64,000 nucleotides of DNA from an uncultured Acidimicrobiales bacterium (GTDB lineage: Bacteria > Actinomycetota > Acidimicrobiia > Acidimicrobiales > RAAP-2): contig CAWFDU010000005.1 in assembly GCA_963814655.1 (NCBI GenBank), forward strand, positions 10,069 through 74,068, given 5' to 3'. The notes beneath the pieces were generated by a model. That model made no database searches and was not told where the DNA came from. It saw only the letters and a program-made list of their open reading frames with translations. Position 1 is the first letter of the stretch. The number at the start of each line of letters is the position of its first letter. Below, piece after piece: positions 10,838 to 20,771 of the stretch. The translations under genes and the position numbers were made by a program.

Positions 10838-12870
10838 TCACCCGATGTTGAGCGCGCGCGGACCAGGTAGTAGGTGGCGGGCAGCACGAAGATGAGGGCG
10901 TCCACCCGGTCGAGCACCCCGCCGTGGCCGGGCAGGATCGAGCCCATGTCCTTGAGCCGCAGGTCGCGCTTGAGCAGGGACTCGCACAGGTCGCCGAGCG
11001 GAGCGACGACGGCCACCACCACGCCGAGCAGGGCGGCGTTGGCCGCCGTCCACGGGTGGATCTCGCCGACGAACACGGTGGAGACCAGGATCGAGGCCAG
11101 GGCGCCGCCGGCCAGTCCCTCCCAGGTCTTGTTCGGGCTCACGTTCGGGGCCAACTGCCGGGTGCCCACCCAGCGGCCCACCACCAGGGCGCCCACGTCG
11201 TTGGCGACGGTGGCGATGATGGCGCCCAGGAGGAAGGCGATGCCGTGGCGGTCCGGGAAGGTGGTCGGGTCGAGCAGGAGCCCGGCGAACGAACCGAGCA
11301 GTGCCACCCAGCCCACGACGAGGAGCGTGCCCGCGGTGCCGGACACGGCCGAGCCGCGCTCGACGCCGAACAGGTACCACAGGAGGGTGAAGGCGGTGAT
11401 GAGCACGAGCACCAGGGGCACGGCGGCGATCCCCTTGGTGTAGGCGCCGACCATCAACGAGATCGTCCCCACCAGGCCGAGCAGCGTGGCGGGACGCCAG
11501 CCGGCGGACCGCAGGACGGCGAATGCCTCACCCGCGGCGAAGGTGACCACCAGCAGACAGAGGACGAGGGAGGTCACCGTGCCGAGCTTGAACGCCAGGA
11601 GCGCCACCACGGCCACGGCCACCCCGGTGCCGACGCGGAGGCCGGTGCTCCCCGTGCCGCCTTCGGGCTCCCGCCGGACGCGCTCCGCGGGAACCCTCGC
11701 CGGCGGCGACCCACCGGTCACCTCGGGCGTGTAATTGCTGCTCGACCGGGGTGGGCGTGCCTCGGCGGCCCGGCGACGGGACCGTCGTGACCGCGGTTCG
11801 GCGGCGGGCTCGGACTCGGGCTCGGGCTCGACCGGGGCGTCGGTCGTCTGGCCCTGCCCGGCGATCCGGTCGGCGGCGGCCAGGCCGGCCAGGCCGGTCT
11901 TGCGGCGCCCCGCCCCCGGCACGTCGGCCACGGACGCACCGGGCGGCTCGGCGGCCAACGGCTCGGCCAGTTCGTCGGCCTCGTCGGGTCGCTTGGCCTT
12001 CAGCCGTGCGGGGAGGAGTCCGCTGCGGCGGGCCCGACCGACCCGGGGCGTCCCCGAGGGGCGGGCGGCCGTGGCCTCGTCGGCCTCGTCGGCCTCGTCG
12101 GCGGTCTCGGGAGCGGCGTGCGCTCCGGCGTCCCCTTCGGACGGCCCGGACGGTGCCACCGCACCGGCCGCGGCCACGGCGGCCGACGACACGGCCACGG
12201 TGGGCTCACCGGTGACGACCGGCGCGGCGGTGGCGGCGGGGGTGGGCGGCTGGCCGGACGGGTGCTCCTCGGGTCCGTCGACCGGACCGACGACGGGCAC
12301 GGGCTCCGTGATGTGGTCGGTCGCGGCGCCGGGCCCGGGTTGGCCGGGGCGCACCGAGTCGAGGTCGAACTCCCAGGGACGACGTTCCTCGTCGGCGCCG
12401 CCCGTTTCGTCCAGTGCTCCGAGCGAGGACCGGTCGTCGCTGAACATCGCCGGTTCGAACCCCTCCTCGTGGGCGGTCCAGTCGGCGTCCTCCTCGCGCC
12501 AGGTGGGCGGCAGGATCCCGTCACCCGCTCCGTCGTCGTCGCGGGCCAGCACGGCGGGCACCTGGCCCGTGGCCGGCTCGGTCCAGTGGGGGAGCTCGGC
12601 GTGGGCGGCGTCCGCCGGGATCGCGTCGCCGGGCTCGGCGGACTCGGCGGACTCGGCGACCGGTTCCTCGATGATCCGGACCGATCCGTGGGTGGACGGT
12701 TCCGCGGTGATGTGGGCGGGTGGGACGACGGGGAGCTCGGAGGTGATCTCCGCCGCGGTCTCGGCCCCGATGATGCGCACACCGCCGGTCGTCGGCGGAC
12801 CCGCGTCGGGACCAGACGGGGACCCGTCCTCGTCCTGTTCGCCGTCCTGCTTGTCGGGGCCGTGCTCCAC
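10838..12870 (-). CDS. cdsA: Phosphatidate cytidylyltransferase with a long low-complexity N-terminal extension. The 3' end is probably frameshifted at a (GC)n tract.
   Basis: GTG at 12868-12870 follows GGAGGAA. The C-terminal multi-TM module has SPNKTWEG and GHGGVLDRVDA. About 480 aa of acidic, Pro/Ala-rich sequence precedes it. After GCGCGCGCG (10852-10860) the ORF frame shows A/T-ending codons, whereas the alternative frame reads CTC AAC ATC GGG TGA (..LVRALNIG, stop at 10838-10840). Confidence 0.8.
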
Positions 12871-12972
12871 GCTGCTGATTCCTCCCCGGGAACGGGACGT
12901 CGGTCCTCCCCGGTGTCGTAGCCGGGCCGTCGGTCGGCCCGTGGTCGTCTCCGGACCGCCGTCCGGGTGGGC

Positions 12973-13542
12973 TCAGATCTCGAGGAGCTCCTGCTCCTTG
13001 TGGGCGAGCAGCCGGTCGATGGCGGCCACGTGATCCTGGGTGAGCTTGTCGAGCTCCTTCTCCACCCGCTCCAGCTCGTCGGTCGAGAGATCGCCGTCCT
13101 TCTGCATGGCCTCGAGCTCCTGGCGGGCGTTGCGACGCATGTTGCGGACGGCCACCCGGCCGTCCTCCGCCTTCTGCTTCACGACCTTGACCAGCTCCTT
13201 GCGGCGCTGCTCGGTCGGGACCGGGAACGACAGTCGGATGACGGTGCCGTCGTTGGACGGCGTGATGCCCAGGTCGGAGCCCTGGATCGCCTTCTCGATG
13301 GCGGGCAGGGAACTCTTGTCGTAGGGGGACACCACGAGGAGCCGGGCCTCGGGGACGCTGAAGCCGGCCATCTGCCTGAGCTCGGTCTCGGCCCCGTAGT
13401 AGTCCACCTTCAGGTGCTCCACCAGGGCCGGTGTGGCCCGGCCGGTCCGGATGGCGCTGAATTCCGACTGGGTGTGCTCCACGGCCTTGGCCATGTGGTC
13501 CCCGGCGTCGGACACCACGAGTGCGATCAGGTCGTCGTCCAT
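12973..13542 (-). CDS. frr: Ribosome recycling factor.
   Basis: ATG at 13540-13542. Sequence MDDDLIALVVSDAGDHMAKAVEH...ALVEHLKVDYYG...IRLSFPVPTEQRRKELVK. Confidence 0.95.
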   Translation of the reverse strand: MDDDLIALVVSDAGDHMAKAVEHTQSEFSAIRTGRATPALVEHLKVDYYGAETELRQMAGFSVPEARLLVVSPYDKSSLPAIEKAIQGSDLGITPSNDGTVIRLSFPVPTEQRRKELVKVVKQKAEDGRVAVRNMRRNARQELEAMQKDGDLSTDELERVEKELDKLTQDHVAAIDRLLAHKEQELLEI

Positions 13543-13603
13543 TAGCGGACCAGCGTAGCCATCGTGGTCACGGCGCACCCGGTGGTCGTGTGGACCTGCG
13601 GAA

Positions 13604-14323
13604 TCATCGGACCAACGTTCCGATGGACTCGCCGCTGAGCGCCCTGCGGATGTTGCCGGGCTCCATCAGGTCGAAGACCCGGATGGGCAGCCCGTTGTCC
13701 ATGCAGAACGTGATGGCGGTGAGATCCATGACCCGCAGGTCCTTCGACACCACCTCCATGAACGAGACCTCGTCGTACCGGGTGGCCGCGGGGTCGAGCC
13801 TGGGGTCGGCGGTGTAGACCCCGTCCACCCCGCCGTGGGTGCCCTTGCACAGCAGCGACGCCTCGATCTCGGCGGCGCGCAGGGCGGCGGAGGTGTCGGT
13901 CGTGAAGTACGGGTTCCCCATGCCGGCGGCGAACACCACGACCCGGCCCTTCTCGAGGTGTCGGATGGCGCGGCGCCGGATGTAGGGCTCGGCGACCTCG
14001 GCCATCTGGACGGCCGACAGCACGCGGGTGGCCTGACCGTGGTGCTCGAGCGCGTCCTGCAGGGCCAGGGCGTTGATGACCGTCCCGAGCATGCCCATGG
14101 TGTCGGAGGTGGCCCGGTCCATGCCGGCGCCGGCGCCGGTGGTGCCGCGCCAGATGTTGCCGCCGCCAACCATCACCGCCAATTCGAGGTCGAGATCCTG
14201 GCGGGTCTGGGCGATCTCCCGGGCGAGCTGCTCGACGGCCCCGGCGTCGATGGTCTCGTCCGAGGCCGACGAGGCCAGGGCCTCGCCCGACAGCTTCAGG
14301 ATGATGCGCGGACGCTCGGCCAC
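13604..14323 (-). CDS. pyrH: UMP kinase.
   Basis: GTG at 14321-14323. Contains ILKLSGEAL, VMVGGGNIWRG and FAAGMGNPYFTTDTSAALRAAEI. Confidence 0.95.
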   Translation of the reverse strand: MAERPRIILKLSGEALASSASDETIDAGAVEQLAREIAQTRQDLDLELAVMVGGGNIWRGTTGAGAGMDRATSDTMGMLGTVINALALQDALEHHGQATRVLSAVQMAEVAEPYIRRRAIRHLEKGRVVVFAAGMGNPYFTTDTSAALRAAEIEASLLCKGTHGGVDGVYTADPRLDPAATRYDEVSFMEVVSKDLRVMDLTAITFCMDNGLPIRVFDLMEPGNIRRALSGESIGTLVR

Positions 14324-14330
14324 CGTGTCG

Positions 14331-15125
14331 TCAGTCGCCGACGACGACCTGGGCGAACTCCGTCACCGTGGCGTCGCCGAGCAGCTTCCCGATGGTCTGC
14401 TTCTCGTCCTTGACGAAGGGCTGGTCGACCAGGACCCGCTCCTTGTACCAGCCGTTCAGGCGGCCCTCGACCACCTTGGGCAACGACGCCTCGGGCTTGC
14501 CCTCGTTGAGGGCGATCTTCTCGATGGTGGCGCGCTCGGCGGCCACGTCGGCCTCGGGCACGTCCTCCCGGTTGATGTACAGCGGTCGGGCGAAGGCGAT
14601 GTGGGCGGCGATGTCGTGGGCGAGCTCCTTTGAGCCCCCGGCCACGGCCACGGCCACGGCGTTGACGCCGCGGCCGGCCTGCAGGTGGAGGTAGGAGTCC
14701 ACGGCGCCGCCGGCCGGGGCCTCGATGCGGACGACACGCCCGACGGAGATGTTCTCCTTCAACGTGATCTTCATCGAGTCCAGCTCGTCGGCCCGCTCGG
14801 ACACGGCGTCGACGCCCTTGGCGGCCACCAGGTCGGCGAGCTCGCGCACGAAGCCGACGAACTGGTCGGACTTGGCCACGAAATCGGTCTCGGAGCGGAG
14901 TTGCACGATCGACACGGCGTCGTCGGTCTGGCCGACGGCGACGGCGCCCTCGGCCGCCTCCCGGTCGGCCCGCTTGGCCGTTCCGGCCAGACCCTGCTCA
15001 CGCAGCCAGGTGACCGACCTGTCCATGTCGCCGTCGTTCTGCTCGAGCGCCTTCTTGGCGTCGAGCATGCCGACGCCGGTCAGCTGGCGCAGCTTCTGGA
15101 CGTCCTTGGCGGTGAATCCGGGCAC
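14331..15125 (-). CDS. tsf: Elongation factor Ts.
   Basis: GTG at 15123-15125. Contains KDVQKLRQLTGVGMLDAKKALEQNDGDMDRSVTWLREQG. Position is rpsB-tsf. Confidence 0.95.
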   Translation of the reverse strand: MPGFTAKDVQKLRQLTGVGMLDAKKALEQNDGDMDRSVTWLREQGLAGTAKRADREAAEGAVAVGQTDDAVSIVQLRSETDFVAKSDQFVGFVRELADLVAAKGVDAVSERADELDSMKITLKENISVGRVVRIEAPAGGAVDSYLHLQAGRGVNAVAVAVAGGSKELAHDIAAHIAFARPLYINREDVPEADVAAERATIEKIALNEGKPEASLPKVVEGRLNGWYKERVLVDQPFVKDEKQTIGKLLGDATVTEFAQVVVGD

Positions 15126-15127
15126 GG

Positions 15128-16150
15128 TCAGACCTCCTCGGTCGAAGTCGTGGCGGGCGCTCCGGCGGCCGGAGCATCGGCGGCGGCAGCGGGAGCCTCG
15201 GTGGCGGGAGCCTCGGCGGCGGCAGCGGGAGCGGCGGTGGCGGGAGCCTCGGTGGCAGGAGCGGGAGCCTCGGCGGCGGGGGCCGTGGCGGCAGGGGCCG
15301 CGGGAGCCGTGGCGGGAGCGGGAACCTCGGCGGCGGGAGCCGTGGCGGCCGCGGGGGCCTCGGCCGCGGGGGCCTCGGCCGCGGGGGCCGCGGGTGCCGC
15401 GGGAGCCGTCGGTGCCGGGGCCGGGGCGGCGGGAGCCGCAGCGGCCTTGGGAGCCGGACGGTTCCGGGCGATGAACCGGCCCTCGGTGACGGCGTCGGCC
15501 ACCACCCGGCAGAGCAGCGCGCCCGAGCGGATGGCGTCGTCGTTCCCCGGGATCACGTGGGTGATGACGTCGGGGTCGCAGTTGGTGTCCACGACGGCGA
15601 CGATGGGGAGGCCGAGCTTGTTCGCCTCGGTGACGGCGATGTGCTCCTTCTTCGTGTCGATCACGAAGATGGCGTCGGGCAGCTTGTCGAGACCGCGGAT
15701 GCCACCGAGGTTGCGCTGGAGCTTCTCCAGCTCACGGGTGTGGCGCAGGGCTTCCTTCTTCGGCATCGCGTCGAAGTCTCCGGCCTTCTGCATGGCCTCG
15801 AACTCCTTCATCCGCTTGACCCGGGTGGAGACGGTCTGGAAGTTCGTGAGCATGCCACCGAGCCAGCGCTCGTTCACGTAGGGCATGCCGCAGGCGTCGG
15901 CGTACACGGCCACCGGACCCTGGGTCTGCTTCTTCGTGCCGACGAAGAGGATGGTGCCGCCGCCGGCGACGAGGTCCCGGATGTACCCGTAGGACTCCTC
16001 GATCCCCTGCATCGTCTGCTGGAGGTCGATCAGGTAGATCCCGTTGCGCTCGCCGAGGATGAACCGGCGCATCTTCGGGTTCCACCGACGGGTCTGGTGC
16101 CCGAAGTGGACGCCCGCGCCCAACAGCTGCTTCATGGTGACGACGGCCAT
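15128..16150 (-). CDS. rpsB: 30S ribosomal protein S2 with an Ala/Pro/Glu-rich C-terminal tail of about 110 aa.
   Basis: ATG at 16148-16150. Contains [27 protein letters not shown] and [30 protein letters not shown]. The tail is [35 protein letters not shown].... Confidence 0.95.
   Translation of the reverse strand: MAVVTMKQLLGAGVHFGHQTRRWNPKMRRFILGERNGIYLIDLQQTMQGIEESYGYIRDLVAGGGTILFVGTKKQTQGPVAVYADACGMPYVNERWLGGMLTNFQTVSTRVKRMKEFEAMQKAGDFDAMPKKEALRHTRELEKLQRNLGGIRGLDKLPDAIFVIDTKKEHIAVTEANKLGLPIVAVVDTNCDPDVITHVIPGNDDAIRSGALLCRVVADAVTEGRFIARNRPAPKAAAAPAAPAPAPTAPAAPAAPAAEAPAAEAPAAATAPAAEVPAPATAPAAPAATAPAAEAPAPATEAPATAAPAAAAEAPATEAPAAAADAPAAGAPATTSTEEV
15131..15465 (-). repeat. Imperfect tandem, low-complexity GC-rich coding repeats encoding the S2 tail.
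   Basis: Units such as GGCGGCAGCGGGAGC and GGGAGCCTCGG(T/C)GGC recur through 15170-15440, giving (A/P/E/T)n peptide repeats. Confidence 0.6.
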
Positions 16151-16332
16151 ATGCCTGCTCCTTGTGACGGTTGATCCCCGACTGCAGCACCCCGTGGTGA
16201 CGGGGCGACCGTGGACGCGGCCGGGTCCGGATAGGTGACGCTGTGATGCCCCACCGGTCGGCGGGACGGGCCCATGCTAGTGCCCCCGGCCACCGGCCTC
16301 CACCCGGCCGGGGTTCCGCCCGGCGGTTCCCC

Positions 16333-17169
16333 TCAGGCGCCGGCGGGTGCGGGAGCCGTCTTGGTGCCTCCGGCCAGCTTGCGCCCGGCGCCCTCGGGGC
16401 GGTCGGCGAGCTTGGCCCGAAGCTGCAGGACGGCCTTGGTGTGGATCTGGCACACCCTGCTCTCGGTGACACCCAAGATGTCACCGATCTCGGCGAGGGT
16501 GAGTCCCTCGTAGTAGTAGAGGGTGAGGACCGTCTTCTCCCGGTCGGCCATCTCGCTGACCGCCTTGACCAGTGCCTCCTTGGTCTCCTTGACCTCGTAG
16601 CTGTCGAGCGGCCCGGCGGTGGCATCGGGCAGGGTCTCCCCCAGCGTCGACCGGTCGGAGTGGTCGCCCCCGCGGAACACCTCGTCGAGCGCCACCACAC
16701 CCACGAACGAGATCTTGCGCAGCGTGGTCTGGAACTCGTCGTCGGACATCTCGAGGTCGGCCGCCACCTCGGCGTCGGTGGGGGTCCGGTGCAGGCTCGC
16801 CTCCAGCTTGGCGTACGACTGTTCGACGGCGCGTGCCTTGGCCCGCACCGAACGGGGCACCCAGTCGATGGACCGCAGCTCGTCGATGATGGCGCCCTTG
16901 ATGCGCGGCACCGCATACGTCTCGAACTTGATGTTGCGGGCGGGCTCGAACCGCTCGATGGCGTCGATCAATCCGATGATCCCGTAGCTGGCCAGATCGG
17001 CCTCGTCCACGTGGCGCGGCAGGCCGACGGAGACGCGGCCGGCCACGTACTTGACGACCGGGGCGTAGTGCACGATCAGCTGGTCGCGCAGCGCCTTGGC
17101 ACCGGACTTCTTGTACTCGGCCCAGAGGGAGTCGATCCCGTGCCCGGCCGTGTCGAGTTGCGTCGCCAA
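16333..17169 (-). CDS. whiG: FliA/WhiG-family RNA polymerase sigma factor.
   Basis: TTG at 17167-17169 follows AAGGGGAGA. Region 2 (LIVHYAPVVKYVAGR, DLASYGIIGLIDAIERF), region 3, and the region 4 HTH (LTLAEIGDILGVTESRVCQIHTKA). Its position next to rpsB matches Streptomyces whiG. Confidence 0.8.
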   Translation of the reverse strand: MATQLDTAGHGIDSLWAEYKKSGAKALRDQLIVHYAPVVKYVAGRVSVGLPRHVDEADLASYGIIGLIDAIERFEPARNIKFETYAVPRIKGAIIDELRSIDWVPRSVRAKARAVEQSYAKLEASLHRTPTDAEVAADLEMSDDEFQTTLRKISFVGVVALDEVFRGGDHSDRSTLGETLPDATAGPLDSYEVKETKEALVKAVSEMADREKTVLTLYYYEGLTLAEIGDILGVTESRVCQIHTKAVLQLRAKLADRPEGAGRKLAGGTKTAPAPAGA

Positions 17170-17177
17170 TTCTCCCC

Positions 17178-18074
17178 TTAGGCCCGTGGATGCGTCCCGG
17201 AGTACACCGAGCGCAGGCGTTCCTTGCTCACATGAGTGTAGACCTGCGTGGTCTGGAGGCTCGCATGACCGAGCAATTCCTGCACCACCCGGAGGTCGGC
17301 TCCGCCGTCGAGGAGGTGCGTGGCGTAGCTGTGGCGCAGGGCGTGGGGGTGGGTGGGGACCGGCGAGCGACGGTCCAGGATCCGGCGGACGTCCCGCGGG
17401 CCGAGCCGGTTCCCCCGCGCGTTGTGGAAGAGCGCGTCCCCGGGGACCCCCGACGGGCCCAGGGCCGCCCGCGGGCCGTCCAGCCATTCCTGCAGGGCAT
17501 GCACGCACCGGGCGTGGACCAGGACCTGGCGTTGCTTGGCACCCTTGCCGGTCACGGTGACGACGCCCCGGGCCAGGTCCAGGTCGTCGACGTCGAGCCC
17601 GCACAGTTCGGCGACGCGGATCCCGCTGGCGTACAGCAGCTCGAGCACGGCGTCGTCGCGCACGTCCCGGAGATCCCGGTCCGGCGCCGATGACGAGGCG
17701 CCGCCGGACGGTACCGGCGGGTCCAGGAGCCGGTCGAGCTCGGCGTGGCCCAGCACGCGGGGCAGTCTCGACTCCGGCGTCGGCGCGGACAGGCGGACCG
17801 ACGGATCGGTGGTGATCAGGCCCCGTCGGGCGCACCACCCGAAGTACGAACGCAGCGACGCCGCCGTCCGCGCGATCGTCGCCTTGGCGTACCGACGTGT
17901 GGCCAGGAACGCCAGGTAGCGCCGCAGGGTGACGCGGTCGACGTCGCCCGGGCCCGACGCGCCGCCGCGCCCGGCCCAGTCGGCGAACCGCCCGACGTCG
18001 GAGGCGTAGGCCCGGACGGTGTCCGGGGACAGCCCGGCGACCGAGCGGCGGTAGGCCTCGATCTCCCAGTCCAC
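17178..18074 (-). CDS. xerC: Tyrosine recombinase XerC/XerD family.
   Basis: GTG at 18072-18074. Catalytic set is in ASGIRVAELCGL, HALRHSYATHLL and GHASLQTTQVYTHV. Confidence 0.85.
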   Translation of the reverse strand: MDWEIEAYRRSVAGLSPDTVRAYASDVGRFADWAGRGGASGPGDVDRVTLRRYLAFLATRRYAKATIARTAASLRSYFGWCARRGLITTDPSVRLSAPTPESRLPRVLGHAELDRLLDPPVPSGGASSSAPDRDLRDVRDDAVLELLYASGIRVAELCGLDVDDLDLARGVVTVTGKGAKQRQVLVHARCVHALQEWLDGPRAALGPSGVPGDALFHNARGNRLGPRDVRRILDRRSPVPTHPHALRHSYATHLLDGGADLRVVQELLGHASLQTTQVYTHVSKERLRSVYSGTHPRA

Positions 18075-18321
18075 CCCCCGGAGCGTACCGGCGGGCGACC
18101 CGGCGCACGACCATCCGCCGTCGGGGCCGGCGTCGGCACCCGTGCCCCCACCGGTCGGCAGGTAGGGCTATCGTCTGGCCGGACAGCAGTGGTGCACGGC
18201 CGGGGGCGGGTGGGCACCACGGCCGCCCGGACCGTACCCGGCACGGGACCGCACCGACGATGGAGCACCGCAACGAACGGCCGACGGCGAGCGCCGGACG
18301 CCACCGTCCATAAGGGGGACC

Positions 18322-20010
18322 ATGACTGATCGCATCGACCGCCGCTCGTTCCTGGCCAAGAGCGCCGTCGCCGGGGCCGGCATCGCCGTCGCCGGTGCGT
18401 CCGGCGGGCTGCTGTCCGCCTGCTCGAGCTCGAACTCGGGCTCCGGGACGTCCACCACCTCGGGCGGCACGTCGTCCCGCAACGACGGGGTCTCGACGGC
18501 CACCCCGAAGCCCGGCGGCTCGCTCGTGTTCGGCGTCGACGCCGAGGAGAAGGGCTTCTCCCCCACCCAGGGCACCTTCGACGAGGTCGGCATCCTCTAT
18601 GCCCGCACCGTCTTCGACACCCTGATGATCCTGGACATCAACGGCGTGCCCCAGCCCAACCTGGCCGAGTCGGTCACCTCGAACTCGACGGGCACGGTGT
18701 GGACCATCACCGTGCGCCCCGACGTCACCTTCCACAACGGCAGCCCGTGCGACGGTGCCGCCGTGGCCGCCAACTTCAAGGCCCACCAGGCGTCCCTGCT
18801 CACCGGGCCGGCCCTGACCCCCGTCGAGTCGATCGTGGTCACCAGCCCCCAGGTGGTGACCATCACCATGAAGACCCCGTGGGTACCCTTCGACTACTAC
18901 CTGTGCGGGGGCATCGGCAGCCAGTTCGCCTTCGTGGCCGAGCCCAACTGGCTGGCGTCGGGCAGCCAGACGAACCCCGTCGGCACCGGGCCCTTCGTCT
19001 TCCAGGAGTGGGTGCCGAACGACCACTTCACCGCCACCCGGAATCCGAAGTACTGGCGGACGGGGATGCCGTACCTGGACAGCATCACCTACAAGCCGAT
19101 TCCGGACACCGACCAGATCCTGGCCAGCCTGCAGTCGGGCTCGATCGACATCATGCACACCGACACCTCGTCGGACATCGAGGCGCTGCGGAGCAACACG
19201 TCGTACAACTACTGCGACGACTCGGTACACGTGGCCGGCGAGCCGGACATGGGGTGCATGATCCTCAACCTCTCCAAGCCGCCGTTCAACAACCTCAAGC
19301 TGCGCCAGGCCATGGCGTACGCCACGAGCTCGGAGCAGTACGTCAAGGTGATCGACGGTGGCGTCAACGAGACGTCGAACGGAGTGTTCACCTCGTCGTC
19401 GCCCTACTACCTCTCCGACAACGGCTACCCCGAATACAACCTGGCCAAGGCCAAGCAGCTGGTCTCCGAGCTGAAGTCCTCCGGGTCACCCACGTCGTTC
19501 ACGCTCGGCCACACCCCCGACCCCAAGGGCAGCCAGATCGGGCAGTACCTCCAGCAGGTGCTCCAGCAGGCGGGCATGACCGTGACGCTGTCGCCGATCC
19601 TCCAGGACTCCATCATCAACGTGGCGCTGACCGGCGCGTTCGAGGCGCTCACCTGGCGCCAGTTCGGCGCGGTCAACCCCGACCTCAACTACATCTTCTG
19701 GACGCCGACCAACGCTTCGACGCCCGGGTTCGCCATCAACATGGCCCGCAACACCGACCCGGCCATGCAGACCGCGCTGATCCAGGGTCGCTCGGCCACC
19801 GACAAGGCCGGACAGGTCGCGGCGTACCAGCAGGTCAACCGCCTGCTCTCCTCGGACATCCCCTACGTCTGGTACGACCGGACCCTGTGGGCCGTCGGCT
19901 CGGTCGCCAAGGTGCAGAACTTCAACAACCCGTCGACGCCCGCGGGCAACAAGGCGTTCGGCATGATCGGCGGGGCCGTCTGGCCCCAGCAGATCTGGCT
20001 GTCCTCGTAG
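18322..20010 (+). CDS. ABC-transporter substrate-binding lipoprotein, family 5 (peptide/nickel/oligosaccharide type), orphan.
   Basis: ATG follows AAGGGGGA. Tat-type signal plus lipobox: MTDRIDRRSFLAKSAVAGAG...LLSAC. The 562-aa SBP_bac_5-like body includes PKYWRTGMPYLDSITYKPIPD. No permease or ATPase genes are adjacent. Confidence 0.8.
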   Translation: MTDRIDRRSFLAKSAVAGAGIAVAGASGGLLSACSSSNSGSGTSTTSGGTSSRNDGVSTATPKPGGSLVFGVDAEEKGFSPTQGTFDEVGILYARTVFDTLMILDINGVPQPNLAESVTSNSTGTVWTITVRPDVTFHNGSPCDGAAVAANFKAHQASLLTGPALTPVESIVVTSPQVVTITMKTPWVPFDYYLCGGIGSQFAFVAEPNWLASGSQTNPVGTGPFVFQEWVPNDHFTATRNPKYWRTGMPYLDSITYKPIPDTDQILASLQSGSIDIMHTDTSSDIEALRSNTSYNYCDDSVHVAGEPDMGCMILNLSKPPFNNLKLRQAMAYATSSEQYVKVIDGGVNETSNGVFTSSSPYYLSDNGYPEYNLAKAKQLVSELKSSGSPTSFTLGHTPDPKGSQIGQYLQQVLQQAGMTVTLSPILQDSIINVALTGAFEALTWRQFGAVNPDLNYIFWTPTNASTPGFAINMARNTDPAMQTALIQGRSATDKAGQVAAYQQVNRLLSSDIPYVWYDRTLWAVGSVAKVQNFNNPSTPAGNKAFGMIGGAVWPQQIWLSS

Positions 20011-20040
20011 CCCGGCGCAGACCGGCACACGGGTCCGACG

Positions 20041-20075
20041 ACGACCGCCCTGCCCGATCGGGACGGGGCGGTCGT
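20041..20075 (+). terminator. Strong hairpin after the substrate-binding protein gene (no U-tract).
   Basis: ACGACCGCCC (20041-20050) pairs perfectly with GGGCGGTCGT (20066-20075). The loop contains the palindrome CCCGATCGGG. Confidence 0.5.
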
Positions 20076-20089
20076 GTCATGATCGGGCC

Positions 20090-20767
20090 ATGAGCCGCAT
20101 CCTGATCGTCGAGGACGACGAGCGGATCCGGTCCTCCATGCGCCTGGCGCTGGAGGACGAGGGCTACACGGTCGACGGGGTGGGAAGCGGCGAGGACGCC
20201 GTCGACCGGTTCGGGGTCGAGCCCTACGAGCTGGTCCTGATCGACCTGATGCTGCCCGGCATGGACGGGTTCGAGACCTGCCGCACGCTCCGCCGGATCT
20301 CCACCGTCCCGGTGATCATGGTGACCGCCCGCTCGGACACCCACGACGTGGTGGCCGGCCTCGAGGCCGGTGCCGACGACTACGTGACCAAGCCGTTCGT
20401 GGCCAAGGAGCTGGCCGCCCGCATCCGGGCGCTGCTTCGTCGGTCGCGCCACGAGGACGCCGGATCGGCAATCGTCAGCTTCGGCGACGTCGAGATCGAG
20501 CCCGACGCCGGGGTGGTGCGCCGCGCCGGCACGGAGGTCCACTGCACCCGGACCGAGTTCCGACTACTGTGCGAACTGGCCAACCACCCCGGGAAGGTGC
20601 TCAGCCGCGAGCAGCTGCTCGAGCGGGTGTGGGGCTACGACTACTTCGGCGACGGCCGCCTCGTCGACGTCCACGTACGCCGACTCCGCACCAAGGTCGA
20701 ACCCGACCCGGCCGCGCCCCGGTTCATCCTCACCGTCCGGGGCATGGGCTACAAGCTGGCGGTCTGA
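20090..20767 (+). CDS. mtrA: OmpR-family response regulator, MtrA-like.
   Basis: Receiver domain: ILIVEDDERI...LIDLMLPGMDG...DDYVTKPF. Winged helix: FGDGRLVDVHVRRLRTKVE...TVRGMGYKL. Confidence 0.85.
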   Translation: MSRILIVEDDERIRSSMRLALEDEGYTVDGVGSGEDAVDRFGVEPYELVLIDLMLPGMDGFETCRTLRRISTVPVIMVTARSDTHDVVAGLEAGADDYVTKPFVAKELAARIRALLRRSRHEDAGSAIVSFGDVEIEPDAGVVRRAGTEVHCTRTEFRLLCELANHPGKVLSREQLLERVWGYDYFGDGRLVDVHVRRLRTKVEPDPAAPRFILTVRGMGYKLAV

Positions 20768-20771
20768 CGCC

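Noticed and set aside
9607-12870. A genuine bifunctional CdsA-Dxr fusion protein.
   Set aside because: Third-position G/C bias collapses in the linker of the fusion frame. A GC3-perfect alternative frame ends in TGA at 10838 right after a (GC)n tract. A slip or indel is the simpler explanation, and it is reported as a finding to be checked.
16151-16332. Structured rpsB leader (hairpin CCCCGT..ACGGGG at about 16190-16207) acting as an autoregulatory element.
   Set aside because: It is a single 6-bp stem with no similarity I can recognise to known S2 leaders, which is insufficient evidence.
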